NCBI RefSeq assembly: GCF_000150275.1
Contig: NW_002060943.1
Coordinates: 1,952,987 to 2,016,986, forward strand
Direction of reading: 5' to 3'
Length of the DNA stretch: 64,000 nt
Source of the DNA: Trichoplax adhaerens
Lineage: Eukaryota; Animalia; Placozoa
The first letter of the stretch is position 1, and each line of letters opens with the position of its first letter. The position numbers and the translations under genes are program-made. A model generated the notes under the pieces. The model was not told the origin of the DNA. It did not search any database and worked only from the letters and a program-made list of their open reading frames with translations. Positions 1-11,905 of the stretch are shown piece after piece.

Positions 1-545
1 TGGACGCTGTCAGCCTGTCCGTCTGTACCGTACAGTACAGTACAGTACCGTGTACAGTGTACAGTACCTCACGATACAGTGCACATGCTGTACAGGACGT
101 ACTGTAGACTGTAGGCTTTCAGTAGCTTGCAATGTTGGTTAGAATCTCTACTGGACGCTGTCGGCCTGTCTGTCCGTACCGTACTGTACCTTACGCTACA
201 GTATACTGTACTGTATGTACTGTATCCTGCACAGTGTACAGTACAGTACAGTACCTTCCTCTACAGTGCGTATAGTGTATAGGACGTACTGTAGACTGTA
301 GGCTTTCAGTAGCTTGCAATGTTGGTTCTACTGGAGGCCGTTAGACTAGCCGTAGTAGGATCTACTGGACGCTATCGGCCTGTCTGTCCGTGCCGTATTG
401 TACACTGTACAGTGTACAGTGTACAGTACCTTACGCTACAGTATACAGTATGTACTGTACAGTACTGTACCCTGCACAGTGTACAGTACCTTACTCTACA
501 GTGCGTGTACTGTACATACGCAGTTCTACAGTACTGCAGGCCGTG
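1..545. repeat. Imperfect tandem repeat (about 3 units, 150-215 bp) of TACAG/GTAC-rich low-complexity DNA
   Basis: Unit head 'tggacgct..c.gcctgtc' recurs at 1, 152 and 366. The block 'ggacgtactgtagactgtaggctttcagtagcttgcaatgttggtt' recurs at ~94 and ~282. The interior consists of tacag/tgtaca/gtac repeats. Confidence 0.85.
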
Positions 546-558
546 ATAGTAGTACTGC

Positions 559-565
559 TATAAAA
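559..565 (+). promoter_or_regulatory. Candidate TATA box (TATAAAA) just downstream of the TACAG array
   Basis: 'ctataaaa' at 558-565, the same array-then-CTATAAAA arrangement seen upstream of the first cathepsin gene. Confidence 0.35.
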
Positions 566-2066
566 TGGCTTTTGGGTTCATGGCGTAATCCAAGATTGTA
601 TTTGGAATATTGATTGATTAGGGGAAAAATGATTTATTTGTACAGTAGACTGGATAGATCATCGTATGCAGTTGTTCAGAAGGCGCAATGCAACAATATT
701 ATGGCTACTCCTAACAGCTGCGGCACTAGCCAAAATGATGTCATCAAAAGCCATTAATACGCTACGGTCCAAAAAAATAATAATAAACAAACTTCAATAC
801 GGTTCCGTATAGTGATACAGTAGAGGATTTGCTGGTTGTTGAAGCAGTAAAATTGTGACAGTATTGTCACTTGATCCAGTACTCCTCCTCCTCTATTCTA
901 CAGGATAAGACTCCAACGAGAAGGAAAGACAAGCTGAAAAAGAAACTCGACAAGTGCTTCTACTCCAATTTTCGACATATGCCTACGAGAAAAGAAGATT
1001 GCGCAAGTAACAACGAAACGCCATTGGTGCTGAGTTCACATTGACTGAAACTTTCATAAGCTATCCCTGGTGAAAAAGAGGCAAAAACACTCAGTACGCC
1101 AATCGAGAAAAGTAAGAGGGAATATACCGCTGTCATTTGATGTTGATCGATCAATATCATTCTAGTCGTCAATAGCTTTACTATGATGACATGATAGCTT
1201 AGTCGTTGTTGATCAAGAATGAAATGTCTTATTCCATACATTTGTGCTCTGTTAGGATGATTTGACGGTCTATTATGTTAAAATTATTTCATCACGATAG
1301 CGACAGGTAGTGAAATAACCTTGTAGGATTAGGATTGATAGGCAACGGCTGAGGAGGTACACGTATGGATTCATATCTACGGTAGATTCTACACCTTTTG
1401 AGTGATGAAACTACAACTCTTTGGATAGAGTCAATGGAGTGCTTGTAGGAATCAACAACTGTAATGTATTTTCCTGTCATAAGATTATACAGTAGGTACA
1501 GGAGAAATACACTGCGTAGTCTTAGATCAAGATCAGTTTATCGTTAATAGATGTTAAATCATGCCATTCCAATCAGTCACAAGCAAACGGAATAGTTTAG
1601 CAACGGCTATTGGAAACAATCCTACACTATAAAATGAATACTCATGACCAAGACAAGCGCCAAACTTTCCCTTGAGTACATACGTGCAATTTGAATCTTC
1701 TACTTTTAAAAACAACATAATCGACGTGATACGATGAACAGCAATATACTGTACAGTACTTAGGGTAGCCCACGGATAACAATCATTGATAACTACCTGA
1801 CCATAAAGAGATTCAATACCTTACATCAATGACTTAATCAATAGACAGACGAGCGTACATGAAAGGATATTTTCAACGCTCTTACGTACAATCCTATCAT
1901 TTACTCTATAAATAATATCAATTTACCAGAAATTGCACTATAGTCACGGTACAACAGTAAGTTGAATTATCTCCCTGAAAAATTTTCCTAATCGTTTCTA
2001 CAGTATAGGTACCATCGCTTGCGCAAGGCTACAAGTTAACCGCAACAGCTATAGAATTGAAGCAAA

Positions 2067-3734
2067 ATGAGAGATATTTGGTCCTCCAATATTGGTATAA
2101 TCACAGAATCAGTTGAATCAGAAATACTCGAGGATGATAATAATGAAGACATTGACGACCTCACCCAAGATATTACCTTTGATGATCTTCTTGAAGAAAT
2201 TGGACATCATGATATTTTATTACTTTATCATCATCAACATATCATGGATCAACTGTATAGTGAAGCTTTCCAAAAATTTTTACAACGTACACAAACCTCT
2301 AATGATGCTCACGCACATTATAACTTAGCTTATTTCTATTATAATGGTCATGGTGTAGCAAAAAATTACAATCTTGCTTTCTATCATTATCAGCTAGCCG
2401 CTAAACAAGACCATCCTGGTGCATTATACAATATATGCTTACTGTATGGTATTGAAGGAAATACATCACCACAAAATGTTCGCTTCATGCCACCTGATAA
2501 ATTAGCTGAATTTAAAGTCACTATGTATGTTCGATCAGGAGCTCAAGGCCAATATACAAATGCCTATAGTAAATTAGTCGACAATTATCAACAGTCTGAG
2601 CTTTGGCAAGTAGCTCTCAATAAATTATACGAACTATATTTACAGCAGATTCATTGTACCGACGATCATTCTGATAATAACCATGAAATAGCCAGTCTCT
2701 ACAATCAGTTAGGTTTTATATGCATGGTAAAATATAGTGCCAACGATGATCCCAGCGCGTTATTTCAAGCCAATCGCTTCTTTCATCAAGCAACCCAATT
2801 AGGTAATCCATCAGCCTATTTTAATTTAGGCTTTTTCAAGTATGGTTTTGCATGTAGTCCAGACAAAGACAGAGAAAAAGAGATAGAAATGTTGGAGATT
2901 GCAGCTCGAAATGGTCATACATTAGCACAGTATCAGTTAGGCTATTATTGGCGTACTACGTTAAAGAGTCAAATTGAAAATTGCCGAAAGTCTTATGAAT
3001 ATTTCCAGAAAGCGTCTGTCCATGGCTATTCAGATACTTTATGTAACTTAGGATTTTTGTATGTCAATGGTATTGGTGGCGTTCAACAAGACTTTCAACT
3101 TGCTGTCGACTACTTCCGAACTGCGTCAGTGGTGGATGAACTAGCGTGCACGCAGTACGCCAAAAGAGAATGCTTCAGTTTAGGATTTATGTACGAACAT
3201 GGTATCGGCGTGCCTGTCAATTTAATGCTAGCCAGCCATTTTTATGCATATGGAGCAACTTTTCAATTAAATAGTAAAAAATCACTTTGCCATTTAGCTA
3301 AATTAATCGAAAAAGAGCACATAACCCCATCATTCATTCGAGATGCTATTGAATTATACCAGCGTGCGATTGCTTCCAACAATCCATATATTTGTGGTTA
3401 TGCTAACTACAGGCTAGGAAAGATATATAGTAATCTAAGATTTGATGGATACTTTGACGAAGAGAAAGCGAACTGTCATTATCAGATAGCGCTAAATTGT
3501 TACCAAACCTATCCTAATCTCTTAGGCGAAGGCGGTGCAGACCACTACTACCATTTAGCAACATTATACGAAAAAGGTTACGGTGTCAGTATTGACTTTG
3601 AAAAAGCAAAGAACTATTACCTTCTATCAATTAAAACTGCAGAAGAAAGGGTAGATGTCTACCAAGACTACTATGGTCAAAAAGCTAAAAGACGCTACAA
3701 CGCCATCATCACCCAAATTGATACAGAGTCTTGA
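2067..3734 (+). CDS. Sel1-like repeat (SLR/TPR-family) protein, 555 aa, single coding exon
   Basis: Repeated SLR consensus: AHYNLAYFYYNGHGVAKNYNLAFYHYQLAA, LCNLGFLYVNGIGGVQQDFQLAVDYF, LGFMYEHGIGVPVN, LATLYEKGYGVSIDFEKAKNYY. Acidic N-terminus, no signal peptide. Splice-acceptor-like 'ctaatcgtttctacag' at ~1988-2003 suggests a 5'UTR intron. Confidence 0.9.
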   Translation: MRDIWSSNIGIITESVESEILEDDNNEDIDDLTQDITFDDLLEEIGHHDILLLYHHQHIMDQLYSEAFQKFLQRTQTSNDAHAHYNLAYFYYNGHGVAKNYNLAFYHYQLAAKQDHPGALYNICLLYGIEGNTSPQNVRFMPPDKLAEFKVTMYVRSGAQGQYTNAYSKLVDNYQQSELWQVALNKLYELYLQQIHCTDDHSDNNHEIASLYNQLGFICMVKYSANDDPSALFQANRFFHQATQLGNPSAYFNLGFFKYGFACSPDKDREKEIEMLEIAARNGHTLAQYQLGYYWRTTLKSQIENCRKSYEYFQKASVHGYSDTLCNLGFLYVNGIGGVQQDFQLAVDYFRTASVVDELACTQYAKRECFSLGFMYEHGIGVPVNLMLASHFYAYGATFQLNSKKSLCHLAKLIEKEHITPSFIRDAIELYQRAIASNNPYICGYANYRLGKIYSNLRFDGYFDEEKANCHYQIALNCYQTYPNLLGEGGADHYYHLATLYEKGYGVSIDFEKAKNYYLLSIKTAEERVDVYQDYYGQKAKRRYNAIITQIDTES

Positions 3735-6580
3735 TAGCTTATTTAAGAGATGCAACGATCGATAGGTAGATAAGCCCACGCATATCAACATACTTATGGA
3801 AAATTGTGCCATTATAATCATTATTATTATACAGTGCATGACAGAAGATAACTGCAAATTTTCTACAATACTTGTATCATCTAAAACTACAATCTGATCA
3901 TTTACAGATTGATAACTAGATAACTAAATAAACCAAAATGTATCGATATCCGCATTTATCCAAATATACAATTATCATACAGTGTATGATAGAAGGTGAT
4001 TGTAAATTTTTTCTTAATATTGTCCAAAATTAGAATCTTACATATTGCAAGTAGTAAATTTATTTTATAGCTTGTATTCCGTAGCCCACAAGTGTTTACC
4101 TTGCAAGCGAAACGTGGTATGCCTCTGCACTACAAAGTAAATTAACAGACTATTCGATTGTAATTCCTATAAATATAAATAAATCGCAATGTATAGCATC
4201 AACTGTCATTCTATTGCTTAAAAAGTTAGTAATTCCACTCGTTATACTCAGTATAAATTGTATGTTTATGGAAACGAATTGGCTTGCATTCCTTACATCT
4301 AATATAATATTATATTGTTCTGTGATATACGGTAGAATTTGTATGATATAATGCGGGTATACTTGCTACGCTACTAGTTACTCTTGCTAGTCTTTCATTG
4401 TTAGCATATTGACGATGTTATTGAACCAGGGCAGACAATCACTTCCAGATTTTATCTTCGAATTATAATCTTTATTCTACTTATATCCCGTCAAAAACAT
4501 GCAAATATTCCTGAAAGATGATTGCTAGGCTTGATAAAATGCTTATCTTAAGGTGTTTATTCAAACGTAATGTATCTAACTATAGAAATCGCTTCGCTAC
4601 TATGCGTACATATGCAAGGCTAATAAAACTATGAAATGAGTAGGTTATGTTAATTTATCGTTGACTCATCATTTGTACAGTTAAAATCTTTGCCATAATT
4701 ATTGTAAAATAACGCAAATACTCGATGATATTTGACGTATCACTAATGTTATAAAGAAATCGATCAATTTGCAAGTTTCACCGTTGAAACGATGGCGTAC
4801 TAGAAGCTTGTTAAGATTCAGGAGTCATAACTTAATAAAATTAATACCCCAATTTGTGTTATATCGTTTAATTAATCGCCTGACTTATACTATGTAATCG
4901 TTCACGACAAAATGTTGCGTAAGAAATACGGCGTATACCTATAATTTACTGATTTTACTGGCTATTTACACTCGTGGCATCACCGAAATAAAATGATCAC
5001 AAAGGTATACCGTACTATGAGCTATACGGAAATAAGTATGATTGTTACAGTCGACGATGGCATATATGTCCTCAATTTTGACTTTCCTTTTTTCTCAAAA
5101 AGTACTTACTAAAGAATTACTATTGTTTTAATGGTAAAGAAATTTTACTTGAAGGTAAAAATATAAGTTTAATCCAAGCTAAACATTATAGCATCAGGAT
5201 AAAGGACATTCCAGTATTAACAGGTATTAAGTACGTATTAGATAGCATGTTGCTTCTAGCAAACCTTACCGCATTCATAAATTCTACAATATTCATATAG
5301 GACCAAAAAACCTAATAGCATTACCTCTGTATGCGATATATTATGACTAGGGTAATTATAACGCCTGTCTACTTATTTTATTAATATAGAGATATTCTCT
5401 GCAAACTAAATCATGATAACTACCACGTCATGCATAGTCTGTAGAAACGCTCGAATTTGCAACTAATATTAATTAAAGTATCGTATTTGCACTTACTACA
5501 TATATTAGTCAACTCTCTAAACATATTAGGAGGAAATGACATTAATAACTACGCAACTATTATCACTAAATTCTTCCTATACTTATATTCTGAGCAAATG
5601 GCTTTAAAAAAAATTGAATACTACCCAAGCTCAGTGTATGTCTGCCTTTCTAGTTTATGCCGCAAATTAAAAATTAAATATGCAATTTCGCATGTAACTT
5701 CAATCAGAATATCAGATACTTATTTAATTCATTAATACTTAAAAAATTCTAGATCATTTGATAGGATATAACATCGAGTGGTGCGAAATACAGTACATGA
5801 TATATTAGCTAAAGCAGAAAGCCCAGCCTAATCTGCCAAATCTGAATACGTACTGATAATTTTATCTCTTTTGCATAATTTTCTTAATGAAATGACACAA
5901 AAGAGCAAATTATGGCTTATCTTTAATCTATTTATTGGCAATCAAATGCAATAAAGATAATTCTCTTATTCACTATCATCAAATATAGAATAATTTGCTT
6001 GATTATTTACTTTATATAATTCAGACCATCATTAGAATGCAACTAAATAATTTTATTTTAAATAAAATTATCCATACTTTGTTATTTGATTGTTGCTTAT
6101 CACGTAAAGAGTTGATGAAGAGCTTTCTAACTTTAAAATTCTAGTACATTGTTTAATTACGTTTCATAATATTGACACAAAACAATAAAAATATTGACAA
6201 ACGACCTCTCTATATTGTAAAATTAACGAATCCAACAAGACAGGATAACCTTGACAATAGTAATCATCAATACATCTGATAATTATGATACATAATGAGA
6301 AATGAGGTCATCATTTCATGCTCAAAAGATAATATCGATGAATAGAATATTGAATTGCACAACCTCTTATATTGATCAAGCAGCCAGTTCCTGCATTGCA
6401 TTGATATCATACCTCTTGTACTTTGCAACACACCTCAAAAGAAACTGTATCAACTTGATGCAATTCAGTTGTAGTATTTTATATTCATGCCAAATTAAAA
6501 TTGATGTTCCATTAAATTGATTTCTTCTACTATTCATTCATTACCAGGTAAGAATATTAAATAAGAATATCGTTATCAAG

Positions 6581-9500
6581 ATGATGTTCATCGGTGACAA
6601 TATAGATGACGTTTATGATCAAGAAGAATTTCTTGGGCGGGAAGTGGCTTCCTTATGGTATTTTTCATTAGATGATTTAGCTGAAGATGCTCGCAATATT
6701 GCATCCAAATACATTTTGCACGATTACGCCAGAGAATTATACGATGATGCTTGTATCAAATGGGAAGAACAAATTCAAGCTACTAATAATGCACATGCCC
6801 ATTATCAATTAGGATATTATTACCAACATGGCCATCTAACGTCAGGTAAAGATTATACCCGTGCTTTGCAACATTATAAGGCAGCTATTGATCAAGACTA
6901 TGCTCCTGCTATGTATGATATCTGTTCATTATACGGTCGGCAAAGTAAAGATAATCCATCAGATTATCTCGATTTATTGAAAGAAAACGAAATAATTCAA
7001 ATGAAGGTTAAAATGTACGTTAAAGCAGCTGCTGTTGGCCAACATCGAAAAGCTGCATTTCAAACATTTCAACGGTATAAATATATGAAACAATGGCGAA
7101 CGAGTATTGATGAACTAGATAAAGAATTTAAAGCAATAATTAAGAAAAATCAATTAACAAATAAAAGTAATCTCGGTAACATTTATAACCAACTTGGTTT
7201 CATAGCTGTGATTAAAAGTCAACTAGAGAATAAAGTTGAAGAGCTTAAGTCAGCTTATGATTACTTTCATCTGGCTGGTAAACTTGGCAATCCTTCTGGT
7301 TATCTCAATTATGGTTATTATAAATACGAGAATCATGATAAATATATTGCAGAAAGAACAAAATATTACCTTAAAGCAGCTCAAATGGGGCATTACTTAG
7401 GTTGGTATATGTTGATGCGCTATCTTATTACATCAGATGCTCTTAATCCAGCTGAGTTAGATCGTTGTCTAACTTACTTGAAAACAGCATCCCAATATCA
7501 AACAGCTGATTTTCTATCACAGCTTGGTGTTTTACATTTAGAAAGTCAATTGCAATCAACTTCAAATGAAGTTCAAGCTTTTCAATATTTCCTGCAAGCT
7601 ACACTATCTAATGAAAGTATGTCAGTTGAATCAGTCGGTAGGCATGAATTTTTCTATGTTGGCTTTATGTATGAACATGGTATTGGAATCGAGAAAGATG
7701 TTATTAAAGCTGCCCATTTTTATGCTTCGTCTGTAATTTATCGTGGCGATTCATCACTAGCTTTATGCCGATTAGCTAAATTAATTGAAAAATGTAAAAT
7801 TATGCCGGCCGATATTAATGATGCTGTTAAATTACTTGAAACAGCTGGAACTTATAATAAGTCAGAATTAAAAATTTATGCTCATTATCGTTTAGCACGA
7901 ATATTTAGTGACCATAATTTGAAATCTATAGGATTATATTCGAAAGATTCCTCCAGACGACATTTGCAAGGTATAGCTCTTGATATCCTTGGTAAAATAA
8001 CCCAACACCATCTACGATCAACGGAATGCTATTTAATTGGTAAGATGAATGAAAATGGTTATTTTGTCGAAAAGGATTATCGCAAAGCAATTCATTATTA
8101 TCAATTAGCAGTCATGTGTTATAGCGAAAGTGATGTTCATGAGCGTTATTATTCATTTAAAGCTATGGTACGAAAAACAAAATTATTATCTAGAAATAAT
8201 ACAGATTATCAACAAGAATTAAATTTTCTAGATAACTCTATCTATAGATTGCAGCAAAATTCACCTGTTGACGTTTATGTTCAATGTTATCATATCGCTT
8301 GGAAATATGGCACATTAGACCATTTTGGCTATCAGTTACAGCTAAATGCTGTTCAAAAATATCAACAGCAATTAGAGACTTTAGCTAATGCAAATGCCTA
8401 TTACCAGCTGGGCTATTTCCATCAACATGGTATAGGGCCGGTAAGGAAAGATTTTCATCAAGCCTTGCAATATTATCAAGTTGCTATTCGATTAAATCAC
8501 CCTTTAGCACATTATGATTTATGTTGGCTCTACGGTTGTGAAGAAAATGGTGACGATCAATCTGTTTGTATCCATGTCTATAACACTGCTAAAAATTATG
8601 CCGACGTCATGATGGAAGAATTTGTACAGTCGGCAGCACTAGATGGAGATTTACGATCTCTTAAAACCTTACGTCATTATTATAGCCAAAATAATGATTG
8701 CCGTACAGCTACCAAAGAATTAGTAGAGCGATTACAAAAACGACTTAAAAATCAGCATATGACCTTAGACGAGAAAGGTAAAATTTATATTCAAATTGCC
8801 TTCCTATTATGGTTAACTTGTACTGAGATTAGTGATCAACGAGAATTCGCTAAGAAACGAATTATAGGGAAAGTTAACGATTGCTTAATGCGTGCAATTG
8901 AATATGGCAGCCCATCAGCTAGTTTCATTCAATTGTTAGTTAAAGGTATGCTACACGAACAACATGAAGTCTTTAATGAAGACTACACTAATATCATTAA
9001 ACCTTCAGTGTTAGCTGGTCATATACAAGCTCAATATCAACTAGCCTTATATTTATTATCCTTTCAAGAAGATAGAAGCACCATCGATAAACCTATTGTC
9101 GATTATTTGCGCAATGCAGCATTATTAGGCTTAGAAGAGGCTCCATTAGAAATGTCGATCATGTATCGAGATGGCAATAATATTGTTCGGCCTAATCTTA
9201 TGAAAGCAGCTGAGTTCTATGACCAATATTTAATCGAATCGCATTTAGCAATAGGTGATTGCTATCAAGAATCATTTGATATTGGATTTATGCATGAGCA
9301 TTATCTTAATCAGCAACATGATTATGCTATTAAAGCAGCATTTTACTACTGGTTAAATATCAAGAATCAATTTGATTCTGCTTATGCGCAATGTTATTTA
9401 GCTAAATTAATTGAAAAGCGGAAGATTATAGGTACAGCAGCACTTGACGACGCTATTCAGCTATATCAAACAGCAGCCTACTTAAATTGCATTAGTATTC

Positions 9501-9823
9501 AAGGTTATGCTCATTATCGACTTGGCAAAATATACAGTAATAAGAGTTATCAAGATATTTATGATTCTGCAACTGCTGATAACCATTTTCAAGTTGCTCA
9601 TAATATATATATACGAAGTCTAGAACGATCGTCTGAGAAAATACCAAGTGATTTATATCATTTGGCTATTCTATATCAATATGGTTATGGAATAGCATCC
9701 AATACATCACAAGCTATTAAATATTATCAAGCAGCTGCAGAAATAGACGACGATTTCTTGCCTCTTTATGATCGATATTATCGGGATAAAGCTAAATCAA
9801 AGTTAAATCAAATCCGTTCTTAA
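6581..9823 (+). CDS. Sel1-like repeat protein, 1080 aa, internally duplicated (two ~540-aa units), single coding exon
   Basis: SLR motifs AHYQLGYYYQHG, VGFMYEHGIGIEKD, AYYQLGYFHQHGIGPVRKD, LAILYQYGYGIASN. Each half is colinear with the 2067-3734 protein (LAKLIEK and AHYRL/ANYRL motifs, terminal YY..KA). Confidence 0.9.
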   Translation: MMFIGDNIDDVYDQEEFLGREVASLWYFSLDDLAEDARNIASKYILHDYARELYDDACIKWEEQIQATNNAHAHYQLGYYYQHGHLTSGKDYTRALQHYKAAIDQDYAPAMYDICSLYGRQSKDNPSDYLDLLKENEIIQMKVKMYVKAAAVGQHRKAAFQTFQRYKYMKQWRTSIDELDKEFKAIIKKNQLTNKSNLGNIYNQLGFIAVIKSQLENKVEELKSAYDYFHLAGKLGNPSGYLNYGYYKYENHDKYIAERTKYYLKAAQMGHYLGWYMLMRYLITSDALNPAELDRCLTYLKTASQYQTADFLSQLGVLHLESQLQSTSNEVQAFQYFLQATLSNESMSVESVGRHEFFYVGFMYEHGIGIEKDVIKAAHFYASSVIYRGDSSLALCRLAKLIEKCKIMPADINDAVKLLETAGTYNKSELKIYAHYRLARIFSDHNLKSIGLYSKDSSRRHLQGIALDILGKITQHHLRSTECYLIGKMNENGYFVEKDYRKAIHYYQLAVMCYSESDVHERYYSFKAMVRKTKLLSRNNTDYQQELNFLDNSIYRLQQNSPVDVYVQCYHIAWKYGTLDHFGYQLQLNAVQKYQQQLETLANANAYYQLGYFHQHGIGPVRKDFHQALQYYQVAIRLNHPLAHYDLCWLYGCEENGDDQSVCIHVYNTAKNYADVMMEEFVQSAALDGDLRSLKTLRHYYSQNNDCRTATKELVERLQKRLKNQHMTLDEKGKIYIQIAFLLWLTCTEISDQREFAKKRIIGKVNDCLMRAIEYGSPSASFIQLLVKGMLHEQHEVFNEDYTNIIKPSVLAGHIQAQYQLALYLLSFQEDRSTIDKPIVDYLRNAALLGLEEAPLEMSIMYRDGNNIVRPNLMKAAEFYDQYLIESHLAIGDCYQESFDIGFMHEHYLNQQHDYAIKAAFYYWLNIKNQFDSAYAQCYLAKLIEKRKIIGTAALDDAIQLYQTAAYLNCISIQGYAHYRLGKIYSNKSYQDIYDSATADNHFQVAHNIYIRSLERSSEKIPSDLYHLAILYQYGYGIASNTSQAIKYYQAAAEIDDDFLPLYDRYYRDKAKSKLNQIRS

Positions 9824-11905
9824 CCATGAAGTTGACTTACTATGTATGTTAATCAACTTCTTAATACTAGATAAAAGTATAGAAATTTTAAAATTTTACT
9901 ATAAGAGAAAATATCCCTTATAACTGTATGACTACCGATTTATGGATAAAGATATAAATCAATCCTATTTCAATTTAAATTTATTATATAACAAATATGC
10001 ATAGTAACATTCCTATAAATAAGTAAGCTGTTTCTAAAATTAAGAAATAAATGTTTATTAAAAACTATTAAAATGGTATAGTCTGTATTAATTAATTAAA
10101 AGCCGTTGCAACTAATAGCTTTAACGATAATGCAGTATTTCATGCCATCCACTACACTAGTTTGACATCAATAACTGGTACCTAACTCACAGAAATATTG
10201 CACAGCACTAACTGATATGATATAAGATTAATATTTTCATGAGTTACAGTCTTATTTAGCATGGACTATCATCAGCTTTAATTTTTTATATACAATATGT
10301 CAACTCTGGCACTCTTTACCGTAATTAAAGTAACACTTCTGCAACAGTCTAATAATCCTAATCGATGATTAATGGGAGTATTAGCAACTACCACCGTAGT
10401 AAAAGCATGTAACATGCAGACTCAATCTATCTATTTATACGGGTACAGCTGCTAGACCCTAATTTCGGTAATTACTTTTTCAATCCATATTCATCCAAAA
10501 AATTAAACTTAGATTAAATTATATCTAACTATATAAACAGTGATGCTGGATGGGTGATAGCATTGCTAGTGCTGATTAATTGATTAAGTTCTGTTAAACT
10601 TTTAATTTTAAGCACATAAATGGTACTCAGTTTACGCAAATTAGGGTATCCCAATCATGCAGAGCATAAATTGCATTTTCGTTGAACTAAAAGAGTTAAT
10701 AGACTCCAGTGATTAAGGATCTTTACAAATTAAATCACGAATATGTAGATTTTTTGAAAAATCTAGGTAAGCATCTGTGGTTTAGTCAACCAGAAAGAGA
10801 TTTCTTAATTCAAAATCAGACAGAAACATCACCTTCCATATAATACACGTATACAATTATCCTGTAAATACCTATTACTAAATGCAAATTTTGCAATCTA
10901 GTTAGGGAATTGGCACTCGTATAAAATAAACAATGATATCAAATTACTTCGATAATAAATTAATCCTATTTAAGTGGACTACTTTCAATTCTATTATATT
11001 ATATACTACATTACCAATCATAACATTCTTTATCATGAAGTAATATTCTGTAATAATTTATCAACTAATGGATGAAGGATAGGAACTTGCAGAACTACAG
11101 TAGTATAGTAGCATGGAAATAACTTTTTTACTTGATAAATATGCTTAAGTAGCTAATGAAAGCAATGCTCTTTATCAAATTTTATCTTTATTTCATATTT
11201 ACCTTAAGCAGAGATGCAAATTAAGCTATATCTAACGATATTAGTAATCCTATTGGTACAAGATAGACTCTAAAGCTAGCATAGATTGAAAAGGTTCGAC
11301 TAAATACTTAATTTATCTCAAGGGAACCCTAATTTATAAGTCTACGTAATGGCATAACTGATATTTTCATCTGTTTTGTGAGTATTAAAGCAAATGACAG
11401 GCTTCAATAAGAATTGCTATAAATTAAATTAATCACAAAATTGCTGCTTTGTTCAAAATCTTTCATCATCTAATCAACATCAAAAAACAGATCATAATAG
11501 AAATTCCAAGGCAGTTCTTCTTTCTAACAGTCCCTATGTACTATCAAAGCTACAGTAGTAACCGATTATCGTGCTAAGAAGTCGTTGGCAAATTTACTGT
11601 ATTTGAAACAGGAGATAGATGAAAGAGCAGTAGAAATTTGATATTGCATGACGCAGCATACTGTACGGTCAAGTAAATAAGTCGGTAATTATTTCTAGAG
11701 TAATCTCTTGGCTAGTTGATCACCGTCGAGGATTTTAGTTTTATGGTATGGTGTCGATAAAGGTAAATCAATCTAAATGATGAGTACAGTAACTATATTA
11801 CTTACAGTCTATTAGCAATATATTCTAAACCTTGATCATATAATGGATGGCTATGGGATCGATTATAAAGGCATACAATCTGTCGATATTACAATGTTTA
11901 AGCAA

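Noticed and set aside
1-545. CRISPR-like repeat-spacer appearance
   Set aside because: The context is eukaryotic, the intervals are low-complexity and similar to each other, and there are no cas genes.
319-613. ORFs of 75 and 71 aa rich in Y/C/T/V
   Set aside because: They are translations of the TACAG simple repeat; the same artefact occurs at 18606-18853.
2067-9823. Bacterial contaminant or endosymbiont contig as the source of the Sel1 genes
   Set aside because: The genes have long AT-rich spacers, no operon structure, upstream splice-acceptor-like signals, and are contiguous with intron-containing animal genes. Ancient HGT is not excluded.
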